A stretch of 63,606 bases of DNA, counting the filler, from Stramenopiles sp. TOSAG23-6 (Eukaryota): the NCBI GenBank assembly GCA_900128565.1. It is 46 parts of 46 records of this genome, joined end to end, with 100 filler letters (N's around TTAATTAATTAA, not from the genome) between each part and the next. Parts side by side here need not be neighbours in the genome. Positions count along the whole stretch, not along the records: positions 60,960 to 62,233 come from LT639339.1; positions 62,334 to 63,606 come from LT639340.1; 44 more parts are not named here. One strand, given 5' to 3'. Position 1 is the first letter of the stretch. Every line of letters begins with the position of its first letter. Below the pieces are notes generated by a model that worked only from the letters and a program-made list of their open reading frames with translations, did not search any database and was not told the origin of the DNA. Both the position numbers and the translations under genes were made by a program. Shown here piece after piece: positions 61,027-63,606 of the stretch.

Positions 61027-62021
61027 TTAGTTGGAATCCTCGCGGTGTTTTATCTGCATCTACATCACCAGCGCGTTTTTTATTGAATGGTATAGAAAAG
61101 ACTGTGACTGGAGACAATTTATTCGATGCTGCACAAACCTGTCAGATTGTTGGCCCTGCATTGGCATTGGAACAATTACCAAATCGTGATTCAATTCCTT
61201 ATAAAAACATCTATGGATTACATAATGCACATACAGTATATAGAGGGACATTACGATATAATGGATTTTCAAAAAATATGAAAGTTTTGCCTGATTTAGG
61301 TTTTTTATCCAAAGAAAACAAGGTATAGATCGTACTACTATTCTTGACCCGAATGTATCAAAAGAACAAAAAAAACAAAAAAACCTTCATTTTTTAGATG
61401 ACGTAAAGCAAACATTATTTAATCGATTATCAAATCCAACTGGTGGTGGGACTGTATCAACTGCTGATTCAATCATAAATACTTTTGAATATTTAGGATT
61501 ATTTGATGACTCACATCAAATTCCATCAGTACCGGGTGACCTAATTATTGATGCTTTAGGTGCACAATTACAACAAAAATTATCCTATAAAGATGGTGAA
61601 GAGGATATGTGTTTATTGCACCATGAATTTGGTATAACAGATGCAAATGGTCATCAACGAAAAGAAACATCCACATTACATGTATGTTTTCAATTTCAAA
61701 TCTCAATTTCAATTTCAAATTGTTCTGAATGTCTAAAAGTTCAAATTTAAATTTGAATTCAAATTGTTGTAAATATACTAAACGAATTTTAAATTTTTGA
61801 AATATCTTCCTACAATATATGTTATTGGTGAAAAATATCCAAAGGGACCATCGTCTATGGCAAAAACAGTAGGAATAACTGCTGCAGTGACAGCCAGATG
61901 TATCCTTGATGGTACAATAGATAGGAAAGGTGTATTTTTACCCGTTACAAGTGATGTGTACGAACCTGTATTAGCAGAAGTAGGTCGAGAAGGAATCGTC
62001 TTTGTCGAACGGCGTGAATGA
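61027..62021 (+). CDS. Saccharopine dehydrogenase (AASS/LYS9-type) C-terminal region; frameshift near 61300-61325
   Basis: FSWNPRGVL, PNRDSIPY, RGTLRYNGF, EEDMCLLHHEF, SSMAKTVG. Confidence 0.93.
61682..61820 (+). other. GT-AT intron with diverged interior
   Basis: tta cat|GTATGTTTT…TACAATATAT|gtt att ggt gives STLH-VIGE…SSMAKTVG. Confidence 0.85.
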
Positions 62022-62333
62022 TTAAAAAATATATATAGTAAGATAATTACGATAAAAAATGATATTAATATTGGTTTATTTTTTATTTTTTTAAATATAG
62101 TAAGATAATACGATGGAAAGAACCACAATAACGATAGTATCTATACAATTGCGTGTACTAGTGCCAGTAATAGAAGGTGTACAAACTGGTATGTCCATAT
62201 CATCACCGTCAACTTCCCGAATTACATTATCACNNNNNNNNNNNNNNNNNNNNNNNNNNNNNNNNNNNNNNNNNNNNTTAATTAATTAANNNNNNNNNNN
62301 NNNNNNNNNNNNNNNNNNNNNNNNNNNNNNNNN

Positions 62334-63550
62334 ATGAAAATTTTAAGTGAACTTAAAAGCACTAATGATGTTCTCACCGAAGCTTTGGATGATCAAGTAA
62401 ACCGTAATGATAGTATGGATTCTGATTTGGATAGTGCCAGACGCCGCATTACTTCTATTAATGAACAGAAACTTAAGAACGACGAAACTATGCACAAACT
62501 GAAGGAAATTAATTCTCAACAATCATTGGTATTACAAAATAAGGTTGAGAAAGAAATTTGGAAAATGAGCTCATAGTTGCAGATTTAGAAAAAACAAAGG
62601 AACAGGATGTTAAGGATTTACTGAATAAGCAAAATGATTTGGATGAAGCAAAAGAAGCTTTGAATAATTACACATCGCAAAATAAAATTTTGAAGGAAGA
62701 ATTGCTGATGGCAGAGAGAAAGGAATCTGAACACTTTTCTCAGCAAGTTCTAGATCAGAAATATATCAAAGAGCTACAAGAAACTATAGCAAATCAAGAC
62801 AAAAGGCATGTTGACGATGCTTCGCTTGTCCGTAAAAAGATTGAGCAGCTTCACGAAGCATTGGTGGAGAAATCAAACGATGTTGAAAGTTTGACAAAAG
62901 CAACATTTGGTATGAAAACTCTACTCAAACAAATTCAAGCGAGATTGAGTCAAGCCGAAAGCGAGGCAAAACAAGCACAAGTTACATTTGAAGGATTCTT
63001 ACAGGACGAACAAGCTTTAGCTGCCGATATGAGAACTGTATTGGAGGCAAAAAGACGTGATGTATCCTCTTTAGAAAGTGAACTACTTTCACGTGGTGAT
63101 CAAATTCAATCAATGTTGGTATTAGTTGATGAAAAAGACGGCGTTTTTGATTCTATTGCAAAATCAACATTTACATTATCAAAAGAAGCCCATACTGCAG
63201 AAGCAGAAGTACAGGCGATAAACATTCGCCAGGAAGACCATCTTCGAAAACTTACGCAAATTGAAGATGAGACAAAAGAATTGAAATTACATATTAGAGA
63301 ACAGAAAAGTTCAAATGTAATTCTATCCAAAGATCTGGAAAAAGCTCAATCCCAAAATGTTCAGTTAAAGCAGCGTGTTTTTGATAAAACAAGAGCTGAT
63401 GAAGTTTTACAAGCTATAGTGGTCAAATCTAGATACCACATTGATGAGGATTCAAGGCACGATTTGATTGGAGAAACGGAAACAAGGAAAGCAGAAAAGG
63501 CATTCGAAGAAATTCTTCGCAATATGAATAAGAATATGAGTAAAAAGTGA
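62334..63550 (+). CDS. Long coiled-coil protein, 3' part, frameshift near 62560
   Basis: E/K/L/Q heptad-rich ORFs 62334-62576 and 62558-63550. Confidence 0.7.
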
Positions 63551-63606
63551 ATGAAAAAGCCAGGAAAGTTGTTGATGTACAAAAAACTTAACTATCACGC
63601 TATAAA

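Noticed and set aside
61323-61397. Canonical GT-AG intron in the saccharopine dehydrogenase gene
   Set aside because: The phases do not match and the segment is open in the downstream frame; a 1-nt indel explains it.
1-63606. Gene clusters or operons spanning linkers
   Set aside because: Contigs are ordered by size, so neighbours are unrelated.

Overview
This window is not a contiguous locus. It is about 46 short eukaryotic contigs (~1.27-1.30 kb each, sorted by decreasing length) joined by artificial 100-bp linkers (N-run/TTAATTAATTAA/N-run), so adjacency across linkers is meaningless. The content fits an AT-rich protist draft genome or bin using the standard code; a stramenopile-like source is my inference only. 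Recognisable gene fragments: OSCP, UBA5, REV3, ASCC3, ERCC6L- and SMARCAD1-like SNF2 helicases, CWC24/RNF113A (split over two contigs), lipin, NPRL3, MCCC2, saccharopine dehydrogenase, TerC, MMPL, MFS, ABC and an OGT-like protein. The main discovery is a family of ~90-130 nt repeats that interrupt many unrelated genes in the sense orientation. Consensus: GTATGTTTTA...TTTCGTACGAAATTTTGTACCTAAC...GAAATATTTTTCCAAAATAC-NN. Removing them restores conserved proteins only if they end mostly in AT (hand count 23 of 28 complete copies; others TT or AG, plus one probable AC). Some start with AT or GC instead of GT. They carry short inverted termini (GTAT...ATAC) and usually a 2-nt direct repeat (AT|GT...AT|). 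This points to an introner-like mobile family of non-canonical GT-AT introns and a splicing machinery that does not require the 3' AG. No RNA data are available, so splicing is inferred from protein homology recalled from memory.
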